Shown: positions 63,251 through 64,000 of the stretch, piece after piece
Layout of the letters: every line of letters begins with the position of its first letter
How positions within the stretch are numbered: the first letter of the stretch is position 1
Source of the DNA: an uncultured delta proteobacterium
Lineage (GTDB): Bacteria; Desulfobacterota; Syntrophobacteria; BM002
Assembly (NCBI GenBank): GCA_963712115.1
Contig: CAVQGX010000040.1
Location: 1 to 64,000 of the forward strand
Direction: 5' to 3'
Length of the DNA stretch: 64,000 bases
The notes under the pieces: model-generated
Databases searched by the model: none
What the model was told of the DNA's origin: nothing
The model's input: the letters and a program-made list of their open reading frames with translations, nothing else
Program-made: the position numbers and the translations under genes

Positions 63251-64000
63251 AAAAAAATCATCAACTTCTCCTACCTGCCTGGTATTACTTTGCAACCTTA
63301 CTCTTGCTCGGATTCGTATTTTTTCCGGCCACCCGTAACTTTTTCGCCCTAACGGGCAGACGCTGGCTCTATATCCTGATATTAGCTTTCACTTTCAGTG
63401 GATTGACCACACCCATTTGCAGGGGTCTCGCAAAGCACTGGGGTCTGGTAGATAACCCCAGTGGGCACAAAATTCACAAGGAACCAACACCTCTTTTGGG
63501 TGGGGCTGCTGTTTTTCTCGGATTTTTCCTGCCACTCCTCATCAATGGCATCTTCAGCCGCGAGTTCGGGGCCATCCTGATCGCTGCCATGATCCTCTTT
63601 ATTTTAGGGGTGTTTGATGACACCTTGAACTTGAAGGCCCATGTCAAACTGATTGTTCAAATTGTTCTTGCCGTTGGTCTGACCTTCGTTGGAGTCCGGC
63701 TTGTCCTTTTTCCCGAAACTGCCCTACTCGGCAGCATTGTCAATCGTCTTCTGTCTGTGATCTGGATCGTCGGTATCACCAATGCCATGAATTTTTTCGA
63801 TGGCATGGACGGACTTGCCGCCGGGGTCTCTGCAATTATTGCTTTCTTTCTGGCCATTGTCGCCATGCAGATGGACTCTCCCTTTGTAGGCTGGGCGGCT
63901 GTTGCCATGCTGGGCGCCTGCCTCGGATTTCTGCCATATAACTTCCGACCATGGAAGCGAGCCCTCATCTTTCTTGGCGATGCAGGAAGCACTACCATCG
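63247..64000 (+). CDS. wecA: WecA/MraY-family undecaprenyl-phosphate sugar-phosphate transferase (partial, runs off window)
   Basis: Translated by hand from GTG 63247: VDNPSGHKIHKEPTPLLGG, GVFDD, NAMNFFDGMDGLA, FLGDAGS. Confidence 0.85.
   Translation, partial: MKKNHQLLLPAWYYFATLLLLGFVFFPATRNFFALTGRRWLYILILAFTFSGLTTPICRGLAKHWGLVDNPSGHKIHKEPTPLLGGAAVFLGFFLPLLINGIFSREFGAILIAAMILFILGVFDDTLNLKAHVKLIVQIVLAVGLTFVGVRLVLFPETALLGSIVNRLLSVIWIVGITNAMNFFDGMDGLAAGVSAIIAFFLAIVAMQMDSPFVGWAAVAMLGACLGFLPYNFRPWKRALIFLGDAGSTTI

Overview
Bacterial genomic window; the gene content looks like Desulfobacterota/deltaproteobacteria, which is an inference and not proven. There is no rRNA, tRNA, CRISPR or transposase. 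(1) 0.2-5.5 kb: a SynChlorMet-like RiPP cassette with two PqqD/RRE proteins, two radical SAM/SPASM enzymes, an HPr-kinase-like protein, a CxxG-repeat precursor, an S26 peptidase and a convergent methyltransferase. (2) 5.7-12.3 kb: a UGA-split GrdB/PrdB-like selenoprotein with a SECIS-like hairpin, a geranylgeranyl-reductase-family enzyme, EpmA, DUF2914, an HD-GYP protein and an ExeA-like ATPase. (3) 12.5-30.6 kb: a second RRE/radical-SAM RiPP-like locus (ABC exporter, nucleotidyltransferase, PqqD, rSAM, Cys-rich precursor ending in Ser, S26 peptidase, HPr-kinase-like protein). It is built around a ~2,500-aa secreted gingipain/PorU-like C25 protease that ends in a GGGGSCFI tail, and is followed by a HEAT membrane protein and a CPBP protease. 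(4) 31-64 kb: a large Wzx/Wzy exopolysaccharide locus with two Wzc paralogues carrying extra periplasmic domains and an FG-GAP-Wza fusion. Five near-consensus sigma-54 promoters head these units, suggesting one regulon that links peptide modification, a surface protease and EPS. Many genes are split by single-base indels that look like assembly errors, and the intergenic regions are mosaics of 7-9-mer repeats and REP-like palindromes.
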